A DNA stretch of 64,000 bases from a virus (lineage: Duplodnaviria; Caudoviricetes). The translations under genes and the position numbers were made by a program. Below the pieces are notes generated by a model, which made no database searches, was not told the DNA's origin, and saw only the letters and a list, made by a program, of their open reading frames with translations. Shown one piece after another: positions 29,587-38,289 of the stretch. The stretch's first letter is position 1; each line of letters starts with the position of its first letter. The stretch is taken from the IMG/VR virus record IMGVR_UViG_2836968376_000001; one strand, 5' to 3'.

Positions 29587-30149
29587 TGTTTTACGATGAA
29601 CAGTCAAATTATCTCAACCAGCTCCCGGAACGGCTGCAAGGAATTGTTGAGGTCAACGCGATAGCCGGGTCGGTTGATTTTGAAATCGACAAGCTGTCCG
29701 CCGCCGTAAAAAAGGCAGTAAATAATAAGTTCCCGTCAACCGCAGACGAAGACGGATGCGCACGATGGGAAAAGATACTGAGTCTATCCGCGCCGCTCAA
29801 TGGCACGTTACAGGCCCGCAGAGACGCAATCAGGGCAAAGATCATAACAAAGCCTCCAATCAATCTCATGGTATTAAAATCCATTGTTGAGGCTTACATG
29901 GGCCTTGAAGTTGATGTATCGCTCGATGGGTATCAGGTACACATTAAGTACCGCGGCGAGTCCAGAATTGCCGACCTCAATCCTCTGTACGCTACCATGT
30001 GGAAAACGATACCGGCTAACATGCTGGTGGATATTGCTTATCTCTATACGATATGGGATGAACTGGATGCGCAAAGCCTGACATTTGACGAGCTGGACGC
30101 TAAAAATTTGACTATGAATGCTTTTGAGAAAGGAGAGTGGATTTCGTGA
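29586..30149 (+). CDS. XkdU-like (DUF2313) baseplate protein
   Basis: TA.E.G..RWEK.L, L..RR..I, IPAN. Confidence 0.85.
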   Translation: MFYDEQSNYLNQLPERLQGIVEVNAIAGSVDFEIDKLSAAVKKAVNNKFPSTADEDGCARWEKILSLSAPLNGTLQARRDAIRAKIITKPPINLMVLKSIVEAYMGLEVDVSLDGYQVHIKYRGESRIADLNPLYATMWKTIPANMLVDIAYLYTIWDELDAQSLTFDELDAKNLTMNAFEKGEWIS

Positions 30150-31729
30150 ACGCAATCACTGAATTTTTAGGGACGGACGGAGCGACACGGGCGAATTTCA
30201 ATAGCCGAATCTCAGAAATGAACACTGCGTGCGTCCAGACTTATACTTACACCAAATCCAGCGGCGTATATGCCTTGTCAGGATCAGGACCAAACGGAAA
30301 ATTTTATGCCAATGACGATTACGCGGAAGGGGACACGTTTACGGTCAACGGTACGGCGGTCACGGCGCAGTTGCAGAACGGGGACAGCTTGCCGGACGAA
30401 TTTTTCAAGGCCGGGGCGACAGTGCCGTTCATCTACGACGCGGAGAATGCAAAGCTAAATTTTAAGCAGTCCGGAGGTACGAAATTAAATCTGTTTGTGC
30501 AGCCGGACGAACCAGAGAATAAAAATGGTATCTGGATTGAAGCGCCCGAAAAACATTCCGTAAACAGGATCACAGACAAAAACAGCTTTACCATTGGCGG
30601 AGAGATCAGGACGTATGATAGCTCACTGAACGCTGGAACTGCATTTAATACAGTAAGTAATCTTGATAGGACGGTTGCTCTTTCATATAATGGCGATATC
30701 TATCAAATACGAGGGCATTTACTTGGTGCAACATTATATTTGTATATTTATCGTTGGAATCATTCCACAAATACGGTATCAACTGTTTATTCTCATACTA
30801 TAACTTTATCCAGTTCTGGTTCAGCTCCTGGCATTTCCGCCGTTATTGCCTGTATCTCTGGTACTACCTTATATGCGGCGGTATCCTGTGTTTATGATGA
30901 TACCGTTGGAACGATTATCTGCAATTTTGATTTAACAACACAAATAGGGACTACAACAACTGATGCAGCACATGATTTATTAACAGGCCAAACAGGAAAT
31001 GTTAGCTATATGTTTCCTTCTGGTCAAGTGGGAGCTAAAGGCACCATTGTCTATTTTGTCTATAGGGCTAACTTTCCAAATACTCCTTCTTATTATACTG
31101 CTTTGCTTTCTTTTGATTTTGCTACAAATACACATCATACTATAAAAACAATCAGTTCAAATACTACATCTCAAGATAATGAAAAATCATTATCCGAAGG
31201 TGTCCTAGTCGATGACAAAATTTATTATCAGTGCTTTACTGATTCATCCGATACTTCACAAACCACAATCCGAATTTTTGACACGACAACAAACACTGAA
31301 ACAACACAATCATTAGGCGGGTCGTTGCATCCGCTTCCTTCAATTTATGGTATAACTGCTTATCAAAACAAACTGTATTTGCGTTGTACTGATTCAACTG
31401 CATCATTGCATGAATTTGAAATTGGAGTATGGACAAACCGGACAATTTCCCCATTTGCTACTGCAATTGTCGCTGTTATTCAAATCGGCACATCATTAGC
31501 GGTTTTATATTCTTCAGGAAATATCCAGTATTACGACTTTGCTTCTGAAACGCTTGCGGAAAATACGCTGGCGATTTTGGACGGAATCAGCCGAAATACG
31601 CAGTTAATTTCTACCAGCAAAATGAATGTTCCGTTTCGTTTTCAAGATGCCTGGTGGTATTCAACCGATTTCAACGAATACCCGACATACATCGGTGACG
31701 GGTCCGCATGGACAAAGTATAAGAATTAG
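30137..31729 (+). CDS. Tail fibre/receptor-binding protein with AT-rich central domain
   Basis: After baseplate; GDTFTVNG N-domain, Thr/Ser/Tyr-rich beta-propeller-like middle. Confidence 0.75.
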   Translation: MDFVNAITEFLGTDGATRANFNSRISEMNTACVQTYTYTKSSGVYALSGSGPNGKFYANDDYAEGDTFTVNGTAVTAQLQNGDSLPDEFFKAGATVPFIYDAENAKLNFKQSGGTKLNLFVQPDEPENKNGIWIEAPEKHSVNRITDKNSFTIGGEIRTYDSSLNAGTAFNTVSNLDRTVALSYNGDIYQIRGHLLGATLYLYIYRWNHSTNTVSTVYSHTITLSSSGSAPGISAVIACISGTTLYAAVSCVYDDTVGTIICNFDLTTQIGTTTTDAAHDLLTGQTGNVSYMFPSGQVGAKGTIVYFVYRANFPNTPSYYTALLSFDFATNTHHTIKTISSNTTSQDNEKSLSEGVLVDDKIYYQCFTDSSDTSQTTIRIFDTTTNTETTQSLGGSLHPLPSIYGITAYQNKLYLRCTDSTASLHEFEIGVWTNRTISPFATAIVAVIQIGTSLAVLYSSGNIQYYDFASETLAENTLAILDGISRNTQLISTSKMNVPFRFQDAWWYSTDFNEYPTYIGDGSAWTKYKN

Positions 31730-31740
31730 GAGGTCTTACA

Positions 31741-32079
31741 ATGGCTTATCAATCATGGCGGGTTTGGGATGGTACGTCTGCTTTAGCCGGTGTTCCACAG
31801 GCCACGCCGGAAGCTCTGACAAAGGCGTACAGCCTTGACAGCACAAAGCAACTTATCATCTACAAGGACGCGGACGGGAACGAGGGCAATGTCAGGGTAT
31901 ACGCCTCGACGGTATCCACGGAAACCATTCAGGCGGATTTTGACGCGGAAGTGGCGCGGCAGGAAGCGGAGGCCGGTAATAAAACGGATTTACAGAAACT
32001 ACAGGAGCAGGTTGCCTATACTCAGGCGGCGCAGCTTGCAATACAGGCTTATATAGCTCAGCAGGGAGGTACAACATGA
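31741..32079 (+). CDS. Hypothetical protein (fibre assembly-like)
   Basis: AGGAGG RBS, C-terminal coiled coil. Confidence 0.7.
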   Translation: MAYQSWRVWDGTSALAGVPQATPEALTKAYSLDSTKQLIIYKDADGNEGNVRVYASTVSTETIQADFDAEVARQEAEAGNKTDLQKLQEQVAYTQAAQLAIQAYIAQQGGTT

Positions 32080-32432
32080 CTTGTAAAGCAATGATCGAAA
32101 TTTTGTTTAATACGGGGCTGTTTTCTACGGTATACAAATTGTTGATGGTCATTAACTGCTGGATTTCAGGGCTGATTTCGCTGACCGATGCGCAAGATCT
32201 GTGCACGGCATGCGGGTTCACTTTTACCAAACCGGCCGCTACGGGCCAAACGGTCCTTACGGACGGCACCGCTGCATATACGCTGGTATCTTTGATTACA
32301 GACTATCACGACAATGCTTATTCAAAATCGATATCGATGGAGATCGAAATACATAGCTTGATCGATACTTTGCAAAAGGCCGGCTATCTTACGACAGATG
32401 AACAAACATCCCTGAAAGGGCTGGAATGGTAA
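32076..32432 (+). CDS. Hypothetical protein
   Basis: GGAGG RBS, coupled. Confidence 0.65.
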   Translation: MTCKAMIEILFNTGLFSTVYKLLMVINCWISGLISLTDAQDLCTACGFTFTKPAATGQTVLTDGTAAYTLVSLITDYHDNAYSKSISMEIEIHSLIDTLQKAGYLTTDEQTSLKGLEW

Positions 32433-32878
32433 TGCAGAAATTCGCCGCGTGGATACGGCGGCACAAAACAAAATTTATTGATACCGGAATCGCATTAGGG
32501 CTTGTGCTTTTGGCATGGGCCTATTTTAATGCGCCGGTCAATATCAACCGCATGACAGCCGCAGACTGGCGGGATACGCACATTCAGAAAATAGGCGCGG
32601 TTACAATTCAAAAGCTGGAATCGAACGGGGCGTACCAGGACATTCGGGAAGTCGACGCGCTGCCAGGAATCGGCCCGGTTAAAATGATACAGATTCGGCA
32701 TTACTTTACCACATGGGATACGGCAAAGGCCGACGTATGGTATTGGGGGCTGCTGGCAGGGCTGATTTTAACATTCGGCTGCGGGCTTGCGCGGCATGTT
32801 GTCAGATCGAACAAGCGGGAGGCAGCGCGGAGGCTGGAACGACGGTTAGGGCTGGATGATAAAAACGTGAAGCGGTGA
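32426..32878 (+). CDS. Two-TM membrane protein with ComEA-like helix-hairpin-helix domain
   Basis: PVNIN..IQKIG..NGAY..I.E...LPGIG.. flanked by two hydrophobic segments. Confidence 0.75.
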   Translation: MVMQKFAAWIRRHKTKFIDTGIALGLVLLAWAYFNAPVNINRMTAADWRDTHIQKIGAVTIQKLESNGAYQDIREVDALPGIGPVKMIQIRHYFTTWDTAKADVWYWGLLAGLILTFGCGLARHVVRSNKREAARRLERRLGLDDKNVKR

Positions 32879-32882
32879 TAAT

Positions 32883-33164
32883 GTGGGGGCAATTGAAATC
32901 GGAACGATCATTGCAATTGTCGGGTGCTTTGTCGGCCTCGCTGGATGGCTGAACGGAAGAGACAAGCGCATCGCGGACGATGGGGAATGGAAAGGCTCCG
33001 TCAACGCGAAACTGGATTCTATCCATAACGATATTTCCGGCGTTGGAAAAGATATTTCAGAAATAAAAAGCGCGCAGGTTGAGGCAAATAAAAAACTGGA
33101 AAACCATGAAACCCGAATTACTGTCCTTGAAAGTAAAGTGGACGGAAAGGAAAAAACAGCATGA
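32883..33164 (+). CDS. Holin-like/XhlA-like membrane protein
   Basis: N-terminal TM, coiled coil, HETRITVLE; before endolysin. Confidence 0.7.
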   Translation: MGAIEIGTIIAIVGCFVGLAGWLNGRDKRIADDGEWKGSVNAKLDSIHNDISGVGKDISEIKSAQVEANKKLENHETRITVLESKVDGKEKTA

Positions 33165-34024
33165 ATTATACTCTTGGAATTGATGTATCCCACCACAATG
33201 GCATTTTAAGCCTTGCGAAGCTCAAAGCAACGGGGCACTGTCAGTTCGCGATCATCCGCGTCTGTCACGGCACGACGATGGACCGGCAATTTTCCACGAA
33301 CCTCGCGGCCTGTAAGACGCTGAGAATCCCGTATGCCTTTTATTGGTATGCGGAATCCGCGACGGTTTCCGGAGCGCAAGCGGAGGCAAGATTTGTCCTG
33401 TCGAAGATTGCAGGAACATCGCCGTTGTTCGTCGCCTACGATGCCGAATGCGACGCGCTTGCGGCGCTGGGAAAGAATCAGACCACGGATACCGCTTGGG
33501 CCGCGCTGGAGCTTGTGAAGAACGCTGGATATGATCCGTGGGTTTATAGTAACGAGAGCTGGAAGCGGAATGAGATTGATATCCAGTACCTGAAAAACAA
33601 AGGCGTAAAATTTTGGTACGCACGGTACACCGGGCAGAACCCGGACGAAGCAAGCTATGCCTCTCTGTGCGACATGTGGCAGTATTCCAGCACCGGCAAG
33701 CTCTCCGGGAACGGCTCGCAATATATAGACCTCAACATCTGCTACAATTCAGCGCTGAATGTGAAGATCGGCGGCGGGGGGATCACGGTCGGTTCTTCTT
33801 ACTGCGATACGACGATGGACATTAAGATCAAGCGCGGCCAGACTTACACTTTGGCCACTGGTTCTAAAAACGTCACGACCGGAAATAGCACGGTGATTCA
33901 GACGGCGGGACAGACCGTCTCCGGAGGGAAGTATCTCACCACTCTGAAAGCCGCAGGGGCCGTTGGGCAGGGAGCCGGGGTATTCGTCAACGGCGTAAAG
34001 AAGTTCGTCGCGACGGTCGTATGA
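33161..34024 (+). CDS. GH25 muramidase endolysin
   Basis: GIDVSHHNG, AYDAE, WYARY, MWQYSS.G, DLN. Confidence 0.92.
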   Translation: MNYTLGIDVSHHNGILSLAKLKATGHCQFAIIRVCHGTTMDRQFSTNLAACKTLRIPYAFYWYAESATVSGAQAEARFVLSKIAGTSPLFVAYDAECDALAALGKNQTTDTAWAALELVKNAGYDPWVYSNESWKRNEIDIQYLKNKGVKFWYARYTGQNPDEASYASLCDMWQYSSTGKLSGNGSQYIDLNICYNSALNVKIGGGGITVGSSYCDTTMDIKIKRGQTYTLATGSKNVTTGNSTVIQTAGQTVSGGKYLTTLKAAGAVGQGAGVFVNGVKKFVATVV

Positions 34025-34365
34025 AGCGGCACATGAGGAAACGTACAACCCACAAGCTTATTACCAATGCGGTCCATCTGGCATGTCTCGCGGCGGCGGT
34101 CTACATCTTTGCCGTCTGGCGGACCGGAACGGTCACGGATGCCCCGCAGATGCTTCAATACGTCGCGTGGGTAGAGATCGTCAACCTGTCGCAATATGCC
34201 GCGAAAAGCGGATATGACCATCATTGCGGCGTGTTCGATAATCCTGCAATTCAGGCGGCGGTTCAGGGCATGCAGACCGGCGACCTGTCACAGGCCGCGC
34301 AGGTGATCTCCGCAGCGCAGGACAGCCAGACCGATTCTGGCGGAAATAATAACATGGCCGGTTAA
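34021..34365 (+). CDS. Lysis-module membrane protein
   Basis: Two hydrophobic segments, Y.AKS motif. Confidence 0.65.
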   Translation: MKRHMRKRTTHKLITNAVHLACLAAAVYIFAVWRTGTVTDAPQMLQYVAWVEIVNLSQYAAKSGYDHHCGVFDNPAIQAAVQGMQTGDLSQAAQVISAAQDSQTDSGGNNNMAG

Positions 34366-34385
34366 CCCGGCGGAAAGAGGTACAT

Positions 34386-34751
34386 ATGACAATCGATATT
34401 ACTCAGGTCATTGTTGCGATCATCGGAGTGGTGGGCACCGCACTCATGGGCGCTATCACTGCCTACCTGGTCCCCTGGCTGAAATCAAAGCTCACGGCCA
34501 ATCAGATATCTGTGATCTCCGGGCTGGTCTACAATGGCGTTAAGGCGGCGGAAACGTTATTCACGGAAAGCGGCAGCGGGGAAAAGAAATTTCAATACGT
34601 CATGGATTCGGTCAAGGCGTTTTGCGAAAAGTACCGCATCACTTTTGACGAAACCGCCGTGAAGAATGAGATTCAATCTGTCTGGAAGGATTTATTCAGC
34701 CACGATACTGAAAGCGGGGCGGTCGCGTCCGGCACCACGGGCGCGAAATAA
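34386..34751 (+). CDS. LL-H-family holin
   Basis: TM then PWLK.K, V.AAE.L...G.GE.K..YV. Confidence 0.85.
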   Translation: MTIDITQVIVAIIGVVGTALMGAITAYLVPWLKSKLTANQISVISGLVYNGVKAAETLFTESGSGEKKFQYVMDSVKAFCEKYRITFDETAVKNEIQSVWKDLFSHDTESGAVASGTTGAK

Positions 34752-34766
34752 CATACAGATATGATT

Positions 34767-34808
34767 ATGCCCTCCTGACCGTGATGGTTGGGAGGGCATT
34801 TTTTATTT
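34767..34808. terminator. Late-operon terminator
   Basis: ATGCCCTCCTGACC-GTGAT-GGTTGGGAGGGCAT followed by T-tract. Confidence 0.8.
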
Positions 34809-34928
34809 GTATTTGCGCTCTAATTCAAATATCGCCCATCTTAGCACTGCCGCTGTATCTGGGCCTTTGCGCTCAATCTGATGGAGCAGGGCATACAGAC
34901 GTTCAATGCGTTTTTGTTCAAGAGTCAT
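34803..34928 (-). CDS. Small hypothetical protein (41 aa, not in ORF track)
   Basis: MTLEQKRIERLYALLHQIERKGPDTAAVLRWAIFELERKYK; GAAAGGA RBS. Confidence 0.65.
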   Translation of the reverse strand: MTLEQKRIERLYALLHQIERKGPDTAAVLRWAIFELERKYK

Positions 34929-34975
34929 AGGTTTTTCCTTTCTGCCCGTCTGGCCGTTAGCGAAGCCTGTATAAT

Positions 34976-35152
34976 TTATTCGGATATGTCGATAGCAAAA
35001 TCTTTAATATTCCATCCCATTGACTTTATGCAAGATTCAGCGTTTTGCCTGATATGGCTTCTTTGCTCTTTGTCCAGAAATCCAATAACGAAATACGGAT
35101 TACTTTTAAAAACCGCAACAATATTTCCCCTGTCATAATAAACTCTAATCAT
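34976..35152 (-). CDS. Small hypothetical protein (58 aa)
   Basis: MIRVYYDRGN..; GAAAGGA RBS. Confidence 0.6.
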   Translation of the reverse strand: MIRVYYDRGNIVAVFKSNPYFVIGFLDKEQRSHIRQNAESCIKSMGWNIKDFAIDISE

Positions 35153-35192
35153 ACTGTTATCCTTTCTGCCGGGAACGTTGCCCGGCGCGGCG

Positions 35193-35408
35193 CTATAATG
35201 AATCGTAAATTTCTCTGAGCGTTGCTCGAATCTCATAATTTTTTACTGGATGCCAAACACCTTTGTATAGCCACATTGCAACACAACTTTTAACTTCGAT
35301 ATTTGGACCTGTCATGCTGGGACCGTTGGTTTCGGTTAATGCAATGATTTTGTATTGCTTCCCGTTGCGCTCAAGCACAAACGGAATATTCTTCTGTTTC
35401 TTCATCAT
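35193..35408 (-). CDS. Small hypothetical protein
   Basis: 71-aa ORF in reverse-strand cassette. Confidence 0.55.
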   Translation of the reverse strand: MMKKQKNIPFVLERNGKQYKIIALTETNGPSMTGPNIEVKSCVAMWLYKGVWHPVKNYEIRATLREIYDSL

Positions 35409-35559
35409 ATCTAACAGCCCCGCGCGATTCTAATTCATCAGTAATGACGGCAAATACCAACCGCTCGTTTGCTTCCATTGCGGTACCGTTCATGAGCGTA
35501 AAGCAATTTAAAAGCATTTCCGTACCCTGCTCTTTTATGTTTGCCTTTATTAGTTCCAT
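35371..35559 (-). CDS. Small hypothetical protein
   Basis: First gene after leftward promoter; GAGGGG RBS. Confidence 0.65.
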   Translation of the reverse strand: MELIKANIKEQGTEMLLNCFTLMNGTAMEANERLVFAVITDELESRGAVRYDEETEEYSVCA

Positions 35560-35591
35560 CCTTGACCGCCCCTCTCTTAATTTCTGTACTC

Positions 35592-35690
35592 ATTATAATA
35601 CTAATAACGTTATTAGTAAACAATAAATACTGCCAAACTTATAATAGCGTTATTAGTAAGATTGACTAATTGCGTTATTGGTGCAAAAAT
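35592..35690. promoter_or_regulatory. Divergent promoters with three palindromic operators
   Basis: CTAATAACGTTATTAG (35601), ATAATAGCGTTATTAG (35641), CTAATTGCGTTATTGG (35666); minus TTTACT-17-TATAAT; plus TTGACT-17-AAAAAT. Confidence 0.75.
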
Positions 35691-35715
35691 GATATGCTAT
35701 GGTAGAGGTGAGAAT

Positions 35716-36009
35716 GTGGAAAAGCGTAAACGCGATATGAAAAAACAAACAGAATGGAGCCGCAACTATAATGAGAAATCATATGATCGGCTGTATATTA
35801 CCGTTCCCAAAGGGCAAAAGGCAGAATTAAAGGCTTATGCAGCTTCGCAAATGTCTGAAGAATATCCGAATGGCGAAAGTCTAAATGAATTTGTAATTAT
35901 AGCGATTAATGAGCGCATAGAGCGCCTTGACATTGACAAGATTTTAAATAGAAAACATGATCCAGATGTCGTAAAGCGTGTAATGGGCGCAATTGAGAAT
36001 AAAAAATAG
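35716..36009 (+). CDS. Ribbon-helix-helix (Arc-like) regulator
   Basis: YN.K.YDR..I.VPKG.K..LK..A..ESLN.F...AI.E. Confidence 0.8.
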   Translation: MEKRKRDMKKQTEWSRNYNEKSYDRLYITVPKGQKAELKAYAASQMSEEYPNGESLNEFVIIAINERIERLDIDKILNRKHDPDVVKRVMGAIENKK

Positions 36010-36154
36010 CCCACACCGAAGCATGGACTATTGCAATCTGGAATAATGCGGCTATAATGGAAGTTGCAAAGGGTCACGGACGGTTATCCTCCGTTCTTAG
36101 GAAAAAGCTCTTTCAACGCTTGGGGCACAATACCCCGAGAATGGAGGTGATTGC

Positions 36155-36235
36155 ATGGAGATTCTCTATGCGGCTATCTTCCTTGTCGTAGCGACGGGAT
36201 ACATAATCGTAGTCGCGCAACAGGCAAAAAAATAA
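36155..36235 (+). CDS. Type I toxin-like single-TM peptide (26 aa, not in ORF track)
   Basis: MEILYAAIFLVVATGYIIVVAQQAKK; GGAGGTGA RBS; TTGCAA-16-TATAAT at 36031-36058. Confidence 0.75.
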   Translation: MEILYAAIFLVVATGYIIVVAQQAKK

Positions 36236-36310
36236 CCGCCCCCGGTTCAAAGGTTAGCGGTTATTATCGCGCTTTGGGCTGTCTACTTCGGTAGATGGCC
36301 CTTTGCTTTA
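36225..36310 (-). ncRNA. Putative antisense antitoxin RNA
   Basis: Convergent TTGACA-17-TACAAT (36344-36316); two hairpins; ends approximate. Confidence 0.6.
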
Positions 36311-36429
36311 TCTTCATTGTATGCGTGGCATTCCGATTTGTCAAGAAAATTTTATGTGTCTGTTTCGCATCTATCAGGGAAGTTGCGGAGGATATAGGAG
36401 GGGCAAACTCAGTGATTTATAACCCGATT

Positions 36430-36450
36430 TTGTACGACACTTGTACGACA
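36430..36450. repeat. Tyrosine-integrase arm-type direct repeat
   Basis: TTGTACGACA x2 about 100 bp from att core. Confidence 0.65.
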
Positions 36451-36552
36451 TAAAAAGCTATTTATTTCTTACGGATTCTTATGTACTATTTTAAGAATGG
36501 CTATCCAATGCGGAATTTTGAAGAAATTTATAGAAATATTCAACGCGACTTA

Positions 36553-36609
36553 AAGATTTAGGTTCTTGTGGATTATTCCATGCAGGTTCAAGTCCTGTCA
36601 CCCGCACCA
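36553..36609 (+). tRNA. 3' half of tRNA-Leu(TAG), prophage att core (fragment, not a functional gene)
   Basis: AAGA-TTTAGGT-TCTT anticodon arm, long variable arm, GCAGGTTCAAGTCCTGT T-arm, CACCCGCA-CCA; no acceptor 5' strand or D-arm upstream. Confidence 0.9.
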
Positions 36610-36610
36610 T

Positions 36611-36656
36611 GCCGAGTGTTCTTATAGTATTTGAAAGTGCTGTAAGAACACTCGGC
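36611..36656. repeat. Long inverted repeat at recombinase 3' end (terminator and/or att arm)
   Basis: GCCGAGTGTTCTTATAG..CTGTAAGAACACTCGGC; paralogous IR at 56253-56297. Confidence 0.75.
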
Positions 36657-36667
36657 TTTTTATATGC

Positions 36668-38260
36668 TTATCCTGCCATTTGCGCTTGGGAGTAGCTTAC
36701 GGCTACTCCTTTTCTTGTCTGTATCAGAACATCCGGTTCCTGTAGAGATGAAACATCCGGTATTTCAATGGAGCCGATACAATTATAATGAATAGTCAGC
36801 TTCTGGACGTATACGCCGTTTACCTTCTCAGCCTGATGGACTTCAATGTGATCGATCAGTTCGTTCAGCATACGCGGTGTGAGCTTTCTGGCTCTGGTAT
36901 ATTTACGCACAGTGGCAATGAACATATCCGTGCCCACAGATTGACGGCTTTCTTTATCAAGCTCGGCCCTCAGCGTTTTTATCCGCCCTGCTAATCCGCT
37001 CTGCTCATCTTCATACTGCTTGGTCATTTTTGAAAACCGCTCGTCGGAAATTTTCCCGGCCACATTGTCCTCATACATTCGATCAAACAGTCGGTCAATC
37101 TCTTTATCGCGGGCCAACAGAGCATTGTATCCTTTTTGCTTTTTCTGCCGCTCAAGTTCCACCGTTTGCTGAGAATGTCCCATAACCGCTTTGACAAATT
37201 CATCTTCATACTTGCTCGCAAATTTTGTGAGCCTGTGGATTTCTCCCAGTACGACCTGTTCCAGAAAGTCGACACGGATATAATGGGTAGAAGCACAAGT
37301 ACCCCGATTACCTTTGTAATTGGAACAGTTGAAATACTTGATGTCCGGGTTGCCCTGATTGAAGTGGTAATGCAGATTGTGACCGCAGTCGGCACAGACA
37401 AGCAAGCCGGAAAACATATTGGTTTCTCCCTCATTGGTTTTCCGCTTACGGATTTTGCCGCGCTTCTGCTGTACTTTTTCCCATGAAGCGCGGTCAATGA
37501 CCGGATCATGCACATCCTTAAAGATAACCCAATTGTCACGGTCGTTCTCAATTCGCTTCTTATTCTTGTAGGATTTGCTGTACGTCTTGAAATTGAGAAC
37601 GTCCCCGCAATACTCCTGTAAGGAAAGAATCTTCGTGATAGTTGAACTGTTCCATTTCGTGGGCGGTGCGTCTTTATGCTTGCCAGGGCGGTTGACACCT
37701 CGTGTTTGCCAATAAGATATTGGAGTCAGGATGCTATCCGTCGCATCCATCGAATCATCCGGTGCAGCGGCCTCCGGTTTTCGGTCTGCCGGATTGGATT
37801 GATACGTATTTGCTCTATCCGTATTTGATTTTTTAGGGATATTAGTTCCCTTAGTATTTAATTGCGCGGGATTTTCCGTATCCGGTTTTTCCATATCCGG
37901 GGTATCCAGATACGGCTTTTCCGTATCTGGTGAATCCGTATCTGGGAAAGGCGTACCCGGCGGCTTGCGCGGCTGCTCATAGATGGTATATTCGGTATCC
38001 GTGATGCGCCCGTCTTTGCCGCGAAGCTGTTGGCGCTCCATATAGCCTGCGTTTTCCAGCTCCTTGAGTGCTTTTCCGATGGCGTCCACACCTTCCCGGC
38101 AGATGGAGGCAAGGCCCCGCGTGGTGTAATCCCAATCGTCCGGAAGGGAGAGCATCATGGACAGCAGCCCTTTCGCTTTCAGGGACAAGGCCCTGTTCTT
38201 CAGGTGATGGTTGCTCATAACCGTGTAGTCCCGCGTCCGCTCCACACGAAAAACCGCCAT
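36668..38260 (-). pseudogene. In-frame fusion of ICE Rep-like N-terminus to C-terminal half of a DUF4368-type serine recombinase (catalytic domain absent)
   Basis: MAVFRVER..YTVMSN..SLKAKGLL wHTH up to ~37745, then YCGD..NFKT, FSGLL.CADC similar to 56302-58011; no YxRxS motif. Confidence 0.85.
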
Positions 38261-38289
38261 TTTGTATCACTCCCTTCCATGTGACCGGC

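Larger units (their letters stand above)
1..36609 (+). mobile_element. Prophage (right part), SPP1-like head plus PBSX-like contractile tail, integrated at tRNA-Leu(TAG)
   Basis: Co-oriented replication, packaging, head, tail and lysis modules; ends at a tRNA 3' fragment preceded by arm-type repeats; left end outside window. Confidence 0.95.

Noticed and set aside
22012-30149. Stand-alone tailocin or PBSX-like defective particle
   Set aside because: Full terminase, portal, scaffold, capsid and replication genes are present, consistent with a complete phage
30137-31729. Diversity-generating retroelement or shufflon at the tail fibre
   Set aside because: No reverse transcriptase, template/variable repeat pair, invertase or alternative C-termini seen
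36530-36609. Intact tRNA-Leu gene
   Set aside because: No 5' acceptor strand complementary to CACCCGC and no D-arm; it is the att fragment
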